DNA of 64,000 nucleotides, from positions 71,052,001 to 71,116,000 of the forward strand of contig NC_086380.1 in assembly GCF_036588685.1 (NCBI RefSeq). The letters run 5' to 3'. Position 1 is the first letter of the stretch. The number at the start of each line of letters is the position of its first letter. A program made the position numbers and the translations under genes. This document shows, in pieces, positions 1-11,930 of the stretch. The stretch comes from Mytilus trossulus. Its lineage: Eukaryota. The notes beneath the pieces are model-generated. The model had not been told where the DNA came from and did no database searches. It saw only the letters and a list, made by a program, of their open reading frames with translations.

Positions 1-210
1 CTCGAGTTATAATAAAACAATAGGTTCTTACTGTGACGTAATAACAAAAGCCTATTGTGATACAGGAAATTTACGAGAGGTACACGAATTAAAATAGTTC
101 GTTAATTTCTTAAAATATATATCTTTTGGGGAGTTTCTAGCTCGTTAACGTACATCTTCAAGTTTAATTGTACATAGGTGTATTCATATTCTAGTAATAG
201 TAATTCTTAC

Positions 211-621
211 AACTGTTCTGAAGTAGTCTTTTCTCATTCTTGAATTTGGTCGACAACTTTTTGTCACCGTGGGTCTTTATATGAATGTTTTTCTCGTCGT
301 CACGTAACAAAATCTGATCACTTACAGAAGTAGACCGCCCCATTTCATTTTCGTTTTGTTCGTTGTTGTTCGGTATGTGAACATCGCAATCTCTCTCTTC
401 CAACAAGGTGTTAAGAATGTTCTTTATAGTTTGGGTTTCTTCAGATACTGCGTCAAACCTTTCCGTTAAATGAGCGTTTGTCTCTAAAACGACCTGCATT
501 ATCTCTGAATTATCTTTTGAAAGAACATCAACTCTCTCTTTAAGTAAAATGTTATCTTTAATAGTTGTATCTAGCTTCTGTTTCATTGTCCGTAATTCCT
601 GCTGCAAACTTTCAAATTGCT
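211..621 (-). CDS. C1qDC gene 1, exon 2 (coiled coil + linker ending EKRLLQNS); C1q exon lies left of the window
   Basis: Within ORF 191..667. Acceptor ttgcag|AG CAA TTT and donor AGT T|gtaag, both phase 1. Heptad-like EQFESLQQELRTMKQKLD. Homologous to exon 2 of genes 3, 4, 5, 7. Confidence 0.85.
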
Positions 622-711
622 CTGCAACTTGTAACAAAAAAGTAAAATATTTTACAAAAATCAACAATCAAATATATTTTATTGCTCTGTAGTATGACAA
701 ATGTTATTTAA

Positions 712-1269
712 GGTGGCTCGGGACTATTCGATTGCGCATAATTTCACGCATGAATTACAAAAGTATTTGTCGTTAATTTGATATATTTGTTTTTAAATAT
801 TTTGATTGATTAGAAATGTTAAATCATAGTAGTTATGTGACTAATAGAATATTTTTGTTATTATCCGTATCTGTTAAAGGGTCAAAATGACATTTCACCC
901 ATTTTCACCATTTACCCGCCAATATTTGGGTTGTAAGGCAAAGTATTTATTCTTCCTTATCGGTGACCTATGTTTTTTATTTGCTCATTCTTTGAAGCTA
1001 TATTTCAGCTTTTTATTTTGTAGTTTTGGACCAAGTGTCATAGAAGTTTTTTTTGATATTCCGATAAAAATATGTCAACACCTCTATTTTGCCTATCATT
1101 TCATTGAAAAATGGTCCCTTTTACATACCTGTTTAAAAGTAAAATTTTGAGGTTAAAAGGTCCGTGACCCCCTATTTGTTTTCGACCAATTTGGTTCACT
1201 TTCTGTAAAGAATAAAATAACAAAAAATACGACACTTCTGATAGATACTTTGAATAGGCCCGAGCCACC
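712..1269. mobile_element. Non-autonomous TIR element with TTAA target duplication (Kolobok-like MITE) in intron 1 of gene 1
   Basis: ttaa|GGTGGCTCGGGACTATTC ... GAATAGGCCCGAGCCACC|ttaa: 18-bp TIR with 1 mismatch, TTAA on both sides. Confidence 0.8.
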
Positions 1270-1678
1270 TTAATATCTAGTTTCTGTATATGTTGCATTG
1301 TCGTTTCATTTTGTTTCTCTTCAGTGTTCTAGATCTGTTGTTTCGTTGCTTTATTCTCAGATGTGTTTTCTTCGGAATTTTTTTTCTAACGATCCTTTTA
1401 TAGCTTGACATGGGATATGTTTTTTTCTTATTGTTGAATGCCGCACGATGACCTGAAATTGCTAATTTCTTCGTCCTTTGATCTCTGATGAGTAGTTTTT
1501 CATTAGTTTCCATACCATTTTTCTTAATTTATATTGTGCTGATAGCCTGTTTTATCTTTTTACACAAAACCTTTCTGGCTTCATAAGTTAATGTTTAGCA
1601 AATTAGACGTATTTACCTTAAGTAGGGTATCTTATAATAAAAGACCAAACTAAAGAATAACATATATGTACAACAAAC

Positions 1679-1775
1679 CTGTCAGAATATGATTGGTGTC
1701 ATCTTTTTCTGGCAAAATTGTCGATGCATAAAGGAAAGGTAGTTCCAGTAAAACGATATATATCCACAACAGCAT
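1679..1775 (-). CDS. C1qDC gene 1, exon 1 (signal peptide MLLWIYIVLLELPFLYASTILPEKDDTNHILT)
   Basis: ATG at 1775, hydrophobic N-terminus, donor ACA G|gtttgt (phase 1) splices in frame to exon 2. Homologues at 16582-16678, 22446-22531, 26989-27094 and ~37725-37795. Confidence 0.8.
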
Positions 1776-1789
1776 GATGTTAGTATATC

Positions 1790-1880
1790 ACAGTTGAGGC
1801 CTACGTCTTATCGTAATGTTTATATACGTGTAGGTCAATATAAATATCATGAAGATCATTATAACATTAGATAATACTTG
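1790..1880 (-). promoter_or_regulatory. Putative core promoter of gene 1 (TATATAAA at 1826-1819, Inr-like TCAACT near 1797), conserved upstream of related paralogues
   Basis: TATA lies ~30 nt upstream of the Inr-like site. The motif block AGGTCAAT...GAAGATCA...ACATTAGATAA recurs, with substitutions, upstream of genes 3, 4, 5 and 7. Confidence 0.5.
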
Positions 1881-2039
1881 ACATTTATTGTCTGGTCTTC
1901 AAATCTGTAATTCTAATAACGAACATAAGCTACTTCATGCAAAACAAAAAATAATTACTGAACAGTTATACTTTTACATGATTAATAGAAGGTCAAGACA
2001 TTGTTTATGTATCTTTTACAAGTGAAGAAAGAAAACAAA

Positions 2040-5000
2040 AAAATGTTGATCTTATTTCCTCATTTTGACATCACCGAATGAAAACTATCAACTGTAAAGA
2101 TATCAACAACTTTGTATACTATAAGTGGAGCAGAAACCATTCCGAAGAAGTGGTGTCATTAAGTAGTACTTTTACGTTTATTTTCATGTATTGAATATGT
2201 TGAATCAATGATTTTTCAAGTTTTAGAATTATGTTTTTAACTATGTAGCTATGTTGGTCCTCCTGGGAGAAGTGACGGAAAATAAAACTTTTGTTTTCTT
2301 TTGTTTTCAGTTTTTCTTTGATGAATTAAAAGTGATTGCATCATAATTTATATTTTATACTGTTGTTGATTTCTTTTCAGCTATATAAATAATAATTTTT
2401 TAAAAGTTGTGTTACCTCTTGAATCTTTCTTATGATGTTATTTAATCTCTATGCATATTACAATAATATATTCATTCTCAAACCTGTCAATAATGTAAAA
2501 ATTGTAGAGAGGAATGAGTATGTACTCTTGTGACGTGCATGTCTTATTATATCATGACAATTATGTAATTTGATATTCTAGAGCAATTTAAAAAGGTAAA
2601 GTTAGAAAAAAGAAAAAGTATCTCAATTTCGTACCTTATTTCTTCTTTTATGACATAACTAAATGTGTGCTTTCAACAGAGGATTACTTGTAAAGAGTGA
2701 CATGAACTTCTTACAATTCTGGAGCAGATGTGTCTACAGCTAGTAGTATTGCGTTGCCTATTTTTTTTTAAATGATTGTGGACTATATTTTTTTTTTTTA
2801 TTATTGTCTTTTTATTTGCACTAAAGTTGGCATTGATTATATCAACAATAAGAAGCATGGTTTACTTTGTTCAATCTGTTGGTTGCACTTTGTAAATACA
2901 GCTGTTTTCCAAACCACGCCTTTTTTTGGGCAGTTTTATAGTATTCATAGATATGCTAATTTGTTAAGGTACTAGTTCCCAAATATGATCTCTGTTTTTC
3001 ATCTCATAGAGGCATCACTTGGGAGTGTAACCAATATAGAAAATCATGGAAGCGCCTACATTCTAATTCTTAGGAAGTCCAAAAATGGAGGTAAGGGTAC
3101 TATAAAATTGTAGTAAAAATTTGTAAACTTTTAGTAGTTCAGGGAATATAAATGTTGAAAATATGCCGCACAGCCCTATAGTTTCACCTTTGAATAAATT
3201 GGTCGTGCATATAACGTTCTGTTGTGAGATAAAAAAAATTCACGAAACTTCATATTAAAAGTGTCACAGTTTTAGCCGCAAAGAGAGTTCCTTTGGAAAA
3301 TTGCAATGTCTCCTTTTACAGAATTGCAACCTATATATGTTTAACAAAATAGAGCATACAAAATTTTACAAAATCTAGTTCATCTCAGAGATTTAAAAAA
3401 AATAAACTCAAACATGAAGTTTTATAAATATTTTATGAAGACTGAGAAAATCCTGGGCCTCAACTATGATGACTCAGCATAAATTGACAGTTAACAATAT
3501 TTATGATTTACTGAAAGCCCTGAATACAAAATACATTCATAATAAATGTATATTTGTAATCGAAAAGAAGTGCTTATATATACTCTTCGCCGTCATTTAA
3601 ACTCATTGATCCCTTCTGAATATTTTTAGTTGGGTGTTTTTGAACTGTTGATAACTCAAAAGCAAGCCGTAGTGACCGCAGCATAAAAACTACTAGCTAG
3701 AATTATAAAAAAGACATAAAAAACTTACAATAATGTGTTCTATCCAAAATATGTACCTTATATTCCACATTGCTACAAACAGGGAATTTTGAGGAAATGT
3801 GAGGACCCAGGGGCAAAAAACAGTGAAAAATGCCTACCCCTAAATCATAAAACATATAGTTTAACTTGTAAATGGTATGATTTTATTGTTTAAACGGTCT
3901 TTCGAAAACAATAACTGTGGAAGGAAATTATGCAAAAATCAGAAGAACACAGTCATTTCTATCAAACTTTCAGTGGGATATTATTTTTACACGAAGCATC
4001 ATACTAGTAAAAGTGTCAAAGTTTTAGCCGTAAAGAGAGTATCTATGGGAAATAGACTTATTACATTTTTAATCTTAATTATAAGATATTCGCATCTCTC
4101 TGCATAACAGAATAATATATTGACACTAAAACTGTACAGTTACAATTAAAACTAAAGTAATGAATCAGACAAGTATGTGATGAACTTTTGTATCTTTGAA
4201 GTTAAGATAAGAATGCATGCATTTTAAGTCCATTTCTTTATTATATCATAACAGTTATGTAATTTGTCACATTAGAGTAGATTTAAAAATTAGGTAACAT
4301 AAATAAGCGCCGAGAACTGTTTCTCAAGTTCCACTTTATGACATTACCATCAGATGTTTCCTGATGAAGAGCAATACCAACTTTAGGTATCAGTGGAGCA
4401 GAAACTACATACTCTTCCGAAACAACTGTGTTTACAATTAGTAATTTAAATTTTGTTTATTTTTCTTTTTAATTATTGCGGACTATTGTTTGGTCTTTAC
4501 GTTATTTTAATCCCTCTAGATCTGTAGTTGTGATTATTTATCTCAAAACTAACAATTATCTTGTACTTTGTTTAATCTATTATCATTTGGTTTAGGAAAA
4601 TTATTATTCTAATTATTTTGCTCCTTCTCGGAACTGTAGTAATTGGCATATAAAATGTGTTTATTTTTTGTTTTCCTTAAACAAATTGTTTGTATTTGCA
4701 CCCTTTAAATATCTTAAATTGTGTTTTATATTTGAATAAAAAGATAAAATCTTTAGATAGTTCTATTTCATCTTAAATCTTAATTATAAGATAATTGCAC
4801 ATTTCTCTGCATATCAAAATAATATATTGATACAAAAACCGTTGGATAGAATTAAAATTGAAGACAGAAATAAGACAAGCCTGGGATAGGGTTTTGTACC
4901 TTTGAAGTTATGATGAGTATGCATGCTTGTTTCTTGCATTTGTATATTACATCATGGCAGTTATGTAATTTGTCCAACTAGAGTAGTTTTAAAACGTTTA
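2040..5000 (+). repeat. Degenerate ~0.6-0.7 kb tandem unit (about 3 copies) interrupted by an interspersed repeat
   Basis: Blocks such as ctgcat..aataatatatt..ttatgtaatttg..tagag recur at ~2440-2595, 4070-4290 and 4775-4995. A tggagcaga core recurs at ~2125, 2720 and 4393. Confidence 0.5.
2885..4050 (+). mobile_element. Interspersed repeat (probable non-autonomous DNA element); boundaries approximate
   Basis: 2890-3350 aligns by eye with the reverse complement of ~8640-9090 (tgtaaatacagctgttt..., atgccgcacagccctata). Confidence 0.5.
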
Positions 5001-5468
5001 GTATGAAAACAGAAACACTGCCCTTAGAACGTTTAGTATTATGTAATATTTTGAGAGGAATGATACCTTTGTTTCGTTTGGCCTGATACTATGTTGTAAG
5101 AATAAATATGAAAAGAAGATACATAATTTGTAGATTGATACATGGTAATAATTCAACATTGGAAACTTTCCATAGATGAATAATTTAAAGGATACAATTT
5201 AATAGTAGATAACCGATCTTGATCAAGTTCCAAATGACGCTGAAAAGTGTCAAATGGCGTTAAATGACGAACAGAATACACAAGGGTCTGGAAATTGGGG
5301 TTCTTATGGTCAATTTTTCTCTATTCCATATTTTTTGTACACATCTGCGCTAGTCTTTATAATAAGGCTGTGACCAAATATTTTCTAGCCTTGACATCAT
5401 ATAGGACAATATTAGTCGCCTTAACTAGTTGTTTGTCCAAATATTCTCTGTTCTTCATATCCTTACAC

Positions 5469-6885
5469 CTACAGTAATGTCAAACTTTCTTTTTGTCCAC
5501 TCACGCCAGCCAGACTCTAAAACACATCCGACTCGTCGTTTCAGAATCTAATGCATACTGTGTAATATTTCCAAGAGCGTACACCAACACGTTGTGATAT
5601 GTTTAAAACTTGATAAACAATAGAAATTCAACTGTTGACGTAACGCTGTTTTCAATTTGGTGTACAACAATGAGATTACCCAGAGTCATCTAGATTCTGG
5701 AAAGACGAATTGTGAAAATGTCAATCTAAGGAGATCTCTAATTAAAAGTATGATGTCAACGAGCAATCAGGGAAGCGTCAATCGAGCTTCAACAATATAA
5801 TCAAGGAATAAACTTGGAAACATTAATTTCACTCTTCATTTGGGAACATGAAAAAAGGACAAAAAGAACATCCAGGAAACCCTGCTTCAGACGGTTAAAA
5901 CGAAGCAACCGTCATTAGGAAAAGAAACTATGGCTCGTCATCAACAATAGAAAACATAATACGAATACCATGTTCTTTTACTAAACACAAAGACTAAAGA
6001 ATCACTAACAAGAACGAATTTTATTAAACATATCCAACGATATAAAATAGGGGAGAAAGATATCAGAAGAACGTTCAAATTCATAAATCGAAAATAAACT
6101 GACAACACCATGGCTAAAATAAAAATAGAAAACAACCATCAGATATAGATCAGTTCAAAAGACACGACAAACAAAACTTAAGACTACAGTAATTTCAAAC
6201 TTTCTTTTTGTTCATCCACGCCAGCCAGACCCTAAAACACATCCGATTCGTTGTTTCAGAATCTTATGCATTCTCTGTAATATTTCCAAGAGCGTACACC
6301 AACACGTTGTGATTTGTTTAAAACGTGATAAACAATAGAAATTGAACTGTTGACGTAACGCTATTTTAATTTTGGTATACGAACAATGAGATCTAGATTC
6401 TGGAAAGACGAATTTGGAAATGTAAATCTAAGGAGATCTCATTAAAAGTATGATATTCACAAGCAATCAGGAAAGCGTCAATCGAGCTTCAAAAATATAA
6501 TCAATAAATAAACTTGGAAACATTAGTTTCACTCTTCATTTCGGAACATGAAAAAGTATCAAAAAGAACATCCAGGAAACCCTGCTTAAAACGATTAAAA
6601 CGAAGCAACCATTATTTGGAAGAGAAAACTATGGCTCGTCATCAACAATAGAAAATATAATACGAATACCATGTTATTTAACACAAAGACTTAAGAATCA
6701 CTAACAAACGGTACGAATTTTATTTAACATATTCAACGATATAACATAGGAGTGAAAGATACCAGAAGGTATTCAAAGTCATAAATCGAAAATAAACTGA
6801 CAACACCATGGCTAAAAAAGAAAAGAAAAAACCAAACAGATATAGATTAGTTCAAAAGACACGACATACACAACTTAAGACTACG
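5469..6885. repeat. Tandem duplication, two ~0.7 kb units (5469-6183 and 6184-~6885)
   Basis: Both units begin ctacagtaat(g/t)tcaaactttctttttgt and align along their length with scattered substitutions and small indels. Confidence 0.85.
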
Positions 6886-7180
6886 CAACGAGAACCCCAT
6901 CAAAAACTAGTGATGAACTCAGGTGCTCCGGATGGTAAGTAGATCTTGCACTACATGTGACACCCGTATTTATGCTCATGTTATTACAAACCAGGTAAAT
7001 AGTTCGGTAAGTCAAATTCTTAAAAAGGGAACGAGATTGTAGTTACGTCAAAAAGAACATATCTGATATTATTTGTGAAACGGATATTCCATAACGATCA
7101 ACCAACTCGTGATGCCGTCTGTAAAATGTACGAAGAGATGATTTCAACTTTACCATTTGGAACTCTTGGTTTAATAGCTT
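6745..7180 (-). mobile_element. 5'-truncated retroelement remnant (Penelope-like RT C-terminus plus 3' tail)
   Basis: Minus strand reads KLLNQEFQMVKLKSSLRTFYRRHHELVDRYGISVSQIISDMF, then a tail also seen at ~7345-7600, 27430-27920, 30410-30665, 33660-33760 and 44690-44790. Family assignment is from recall of the motif. Confidence 0.6.
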
Positions 7181-7826
7181 CTCTTCCTATACTCACCTTA
7201 TTAGACTTTAGACTGTAACGTTAACATATTAGTGTTGAGAATAATATTCAGCAAAGTCATTATAAGTCTTCCTGTACTGTTTAGTATCTGGTTGTACTGA
7301 TGATTACTGTACTGGTTATTTCTACAATGCTGCGAAGGACGCCACATGTGGAGCAGGATCTGTGTATCCTTACGCAGTTCTTGATATCACCACCTGGTTT
7401 GTGGTGGGATTCGTGTTGCTTATTTTTTAATTTTTTTTGTTGTGTTTTGTGTGCTATTTGTTCTTTCATCGTTTTCGTTTTTGTTTTATTTTGTCTTTTC
7501 ATCGTTTTTAGTTTATGATTTATTTTGTTTTTATTCATAGTTTTTCGTTTTAGATTTTAGAGTTTGAAAATCTGTTGGGTATCATTTGCATCTTTTCGTA
7601 TTGACAATCCCTATGTTGTTTAATTATTTTTTATAAATAGTTTTTCCTCTTTAATGCGCATATTTAAAGTAAAAGTGGCTACGCAGTGATTTCAATTTGA
7701 TTTTGACGAATATGACCATGACCCTCTGCTTTCGTCGTTATCAAAACTATTCTTATCTTTGTACCTCGGATATATATAGATATATATATTCAATAAGTGT
7801 ATATGCTTGACCTCCTTTCAAAAGCA

Positions 7827-7980
7827 ATGGATTGTAGACTTATTACCTTTTTAGTCTTGTGTTTTGGATTATGTGCTGCAAATGATAAAGGAAATGTAAT
7901 TGAAGAGCTTAAAAGTTTGAAGGAACGCGTGAATAAATTGGAAACATTGACAGAAAATTTGCTTAATGGACATGTTAAAA
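7827..7980 (+). CDS. C1qDC gene 2, exon 1 (signal peptide + short coiled coil MDCRLITFLVLCFGLCAANDKGNVIEELKSLKERVNKLETLTENLLNGHVK)
   Basis: ATG 7827 (in-frame alternative at 7803), hydrophobic leader, donor AAA A|gtaag (phase 1). TA-rich box at ~7770-7790. Confidence 0.85.
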
Positions 7981-8473
7981 GTAAGACATTCATCTATTAT
8001 TTAATGATTAAATATTTGACCTAAAGAAATATTACCAGGAAAAAAAGAATATGCCAATCAATATCAATCTATTATTTAATGAGTATTGGTTGTATACTAA
8101 ATATTTGTCCTAAAGAAAATATACCAATCAATATCAATCGTACTTTATATGAAAATTTCTTCTTACAGTGTCATAATCCGACGTTTATTAGATATATACT
8201 ATCATTAATAGATTACATGCATAACCAACACGCATTAATAAATAACTGAAACACACAAACAAGCGCGAATACACGCAAACCTGTGTGTACTTGTTTGCCT
8301 GGTTCAAAGATAACATCTGTTTGTGTTAAAAGTGTTCTTAGTATAAAGATAAGAAGATTTGAAGATGTTCTATTTATACATTTATATATTTTATAAGGTT
8401 GAACGATTTTCAGAACTACGTTGTAATATCGATGTACAACATCAAAATACACACATGAAGGAGGATATCTGGC

Positions 8474-8541
8474 AATCTCCCATGTAAAGTTATCGGTCCG
8501 TGCTCCCTCTAGCAAGGACCGATAACTCTGTATGGGAGATT
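8474..8541. repeat. 68-nt hairpin in the gene 2 intron
   Basis: aatctcccatgtaaagttatcggtccgtgct / ccctct / agcaaggaccgataactctgtatgggagatt: 31-bp arms with 4 mismatches. Confidence 0.8.
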
Positions 8542-8559
8542 AAATTACTGTTATTGTAA

Positions 8560-9100
8560 TCTGAAAATGTTTTTTTCTAAATAATCCTCGTTAGAAATAT
8601 GAATTTACATATGATTTGGGCAAACTAAACCTACCCGTTGAACAAGGCTATATAGGTTGCATTTCTGTAAATATTAACATTGCAATTTTCCATAGGACCT
8701 CCTTTAACGGCTAAAATTGTACCACTTTTACTATGAATTTTTGAAAAAAATCTTATCCTAGAATTAAGTTCATATGCACCACAAATTTTTTCAAAGGTCA
8801 AGATATAGGGCTGTGCGGCATATTTTTTACGTTTATATGCCCTGAACTTATCAGAGTTTAAACTAACACTAATTTTCTTTCTACAGCTACCTCGAATGAA
8901 AGGTTACCACAGATTTCAATGTAAACAATATGCACGTGTTTATTAACTTGTTACATTCCCACGTTCTGTCTCTCTGATATGGAACACAGAGAGCATAACT
9001 GGGAACCAGTATGTAAACAAAATTAATTTTCTATGAATATTCAAGATTTCCCCAAAAGAGCCGTGTTTTGAGAAACAGCTGTATTTACAAAGTGAAACCT
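8560..9100 (-). mobile_element. Interspersed repeat copy in the gene 2 intron (same family as 2885-4050)
   Basis: Reverse-complement similarity to 2890-3350. Boundaries approximate. Confidence 0.5.
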
Positions 9101-9149
9101 ATAGATTTCCTTATTCGAGTGGCTGTGTATATTTTTCACATATTTTTAG

Positions 9150-9583
9150 GGCTAGATCCATCCTATCCCAATGTTGCCTTCGATGCTGTTCTGTCCAAGA
9201 ACTACGTTCATGGTGAGCAAGATTTTGTTTTGAAATTTGATCAAGTACTGACAAATGTTGGAAATGCATACAATTCTGCGACCGGAACTTTCACGGCTCC
9301 TTTTCCCGGAACTTACTTATTTAGCTGGAACATCCGGTCTGGGTATGTTTCCTCTATCGTAGCCAAATTAATGGTAAATGGTACTCCAGTGCAGGCAACT
9401 CATACTGACAGCAGTCTCAACCAATCCAATGGCTTTGAAGCCCATTCTTCTAAAACTGCTATCCTCAATCTTCAACAAAATGACAGAGTTTATATCGAAA
9501 ACTTTCCCCAGCGCGGACAAATACATAGTGATGCTAATGGACATACAGGATTTGTTGGAACCCTTCTTTTTCAAAGTGAATAA
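9150..9583 (+). CDS. C1qDC gene 2, exon 2 (globular C1q domain); spliced product 195 aa
   Basis: Acceptor tttttag|GG. C1q motifs VAFDAVL, LKFDQVLTNVGNAYN..TGTFTAPFPGTYLFSW, LNLQQNDRVYI, FVGTLL. TAA at 9583 and AATAAA at ~9634. Confidence 0.93.
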
Positions 9584-10217
9584 AATTCTATTTAAAAGTT
9601 TTGTAAGATTCTTTCAACTTTTTTCGCCGTTAAAATAAATAAAAACAAATAGAAAGTGAAGTTTGTGTCAAAATGTTGCTAGTTGAGACTATAATATATA
9701 TACCTCGGAGTTTAGTATGACGTTAATTATCACTGAACTCGTACATTTTTGTTTAAGGGACAGTTGAAACACGCCTTCGGGTGCGGATTTTCTCGCTGCA
9801 TTGAAGACCCATTGGTGGTCTTTGGCTGTTATCTGCTCCTTTGTCAGGTTATTAGATATAGAAAGATGTGGTGTAAGTGCCAATGAGACAAATTTCCATC
9901 CAAACAATAATTTAAGAAAGGTAAACCATTATAGGTGTTGTCTATTTGACACATTCCTAATTTCATTCTCAATTTTAATGCATAACACTTTGTATTTCAA
10001 GAGAAATACATACACATGTACACAGCACCGGCATACACACTAAAATAAACATTAGTGCTGAATTTCAGATCAGTATAATTCTTTTCATGAATAAAAAAGA
10101 ATTGTAATGATACAACAGGAGCACTGACAAATATAATGCAAATATATTTCCAACCGATTGCATTGCCTGTGTACTTAATGGTAATATTTATCATTAATGG
10201 TTAGCTTGTTTGCTAAA

Positions 10218-10364
10218 TGAACCGTGAAGTCATTATTTGAAGGCATGCTTTCCTCCTTTCGAAGTAGCCTAGTCCAACAGACAGATATATTCGTTATCTG
10301 TTGGACTATAGTCTACTCTTAAAGGAGGATAGTTTACCTAACCTTATAATGACTTCACGATTCA
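10218..10364. repeat. Imperfect fold-back inverted repeat (probable MITE)
   Basis: tgaaccgtgaagtcattat..tcctccttt..tagtccaacaga pairs with tctgttggacta..aaaggagga..ataatgacttcacgattca. Confidence 0.65.
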
Positions 10365-11694
10365 GCTATCAAGCAAACTTACAAAAGCTATAACCTTTAC
10401 CTACACACTCAATCGGCTGTAATCATGTGCTGTTGATATAACTTACGTTTAAGATGTTGTGTACATATCACACAATTTCGGAACTTCATCTTGACCGATT
10501 ACCCTTGACGAACCTACATATTAGAATTGAACTTACTGTTTATTTGTTTTCTTTCTCAATATGTTTGAAATATTTCACCATATAAGTTTAGCATAACTGA
10601 TCAATTTTTCAGAACAGCTTACCATTCTTGGAATCACGCCCAGTGTTTTGTGGGGTTATTGAGACTCAGTCTTTAGCTTAGTTTTGTTTATGTTTTGTTT
10701 ACTGATGTATGTATGCTTTTTTATTTCGTTTAAGCCATTGAGTTGTTAGTTTGTTTACAACTTATAGGAGTTTGAATGTCCCTTTGGTATCTTTCACCTC
10801 TCATCTCCACAACACCCTTTTACAATGTTACTTGGGAAATAAAGAAAATTTTCTATTCAAAACCACTGTACACCTTTATATATCTAAAAATAAGAAGATG
10901 TGGTATGATTGTATTGAAAAAAATCTCAAGAGAACAAATGATATAAACAACTATTTGTTGCCGTACGGCCTTCGTTAATGAGCAAACCCAAACTGCATAG
11001 CAAGCTTTAAAATTCCCTGAAATGTAAAATAATTTAAACGAGAAAAACTTGTACGAACCAATATTGTCTGATTTATAGAATGAATTTTGCTGCCGAATTC
11101 AATGCAAATAAGGGTCGAAAACAAATCGAAATTTGACTCCACATGAAGGTTCATTAAAGTAGATAGACTGTGATGTAGGACTGGGAATTATGACTTTCAC
11201 ATGAAAAAGAATTTCCATAATATGTTACAAAGGTAAACATAGTTCAAGTTGAAAAGTCATCCCTTTTTAGAGTTGAAGCAAAGTTTTTTAACGTGCACCG
11301 TGCGTGATACATGTTTTACCCAGCACATTGGAGTTTAAGTCCCTGTCCGACCAGAAGTGACTGCATATCCAACAGAGTAAAACGAACACACGCAATGTCT
11401 TAACTATCGAGTAGAAGAAGCTCATGGAAGTCAATTATATTCACATCGAATCGTGTTATTGATATAAGGTTTAAATGGGCCATTGTACAAGGTGAAACAC
11501 GAATACTATATATATCTCCTTCGATTTTTCAGTACGTATGATAGTGTTTAGAAATGTCGAAAATAATATGTAATCATTTTGTTGTTACATGAATAATCCT
11601 TCCCAATAAACGTCAAACAGTAAATTTAAAGTATCTTATATAATGTCAGTGTAATTATCTCGACATTTTTGTTTCAACAAATCCACTTCACCTT

Positions 11695-11930
11695 TTTGTA
11701 TGCGTCACCTAGGGGCATTATGTTGCCAGGTCTGTGCGTTCGTCCATCCGTCTGGATCCGTCTGTCCCGATTCAGGTCATATTTTTTTGGCCGAAAATGT
11801 TTTTGATGAAGTTGAAGATCAATCCATATGAAACTGAGTACACATGTTCCCTATGATATGATCATTCTCATTTTATTGATAACAATTTCACAGCCCTCTA
11901 ACTGAACATAAAAAATGATAGTGCGTTCTA
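11695..11930 (+). mobile_element. Non-autonomous repeat with tetranucleotide (ccgt/ctgt) microsatellite, resembling Helentron-associated (HINE/pearl-like) elements
   Basis: ggggcattatgtt..ggtctgtgcgttcgtccatccgtctg. A related copy lies in the opposite orientation at ~19943-20215. Confidence 0.45.
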
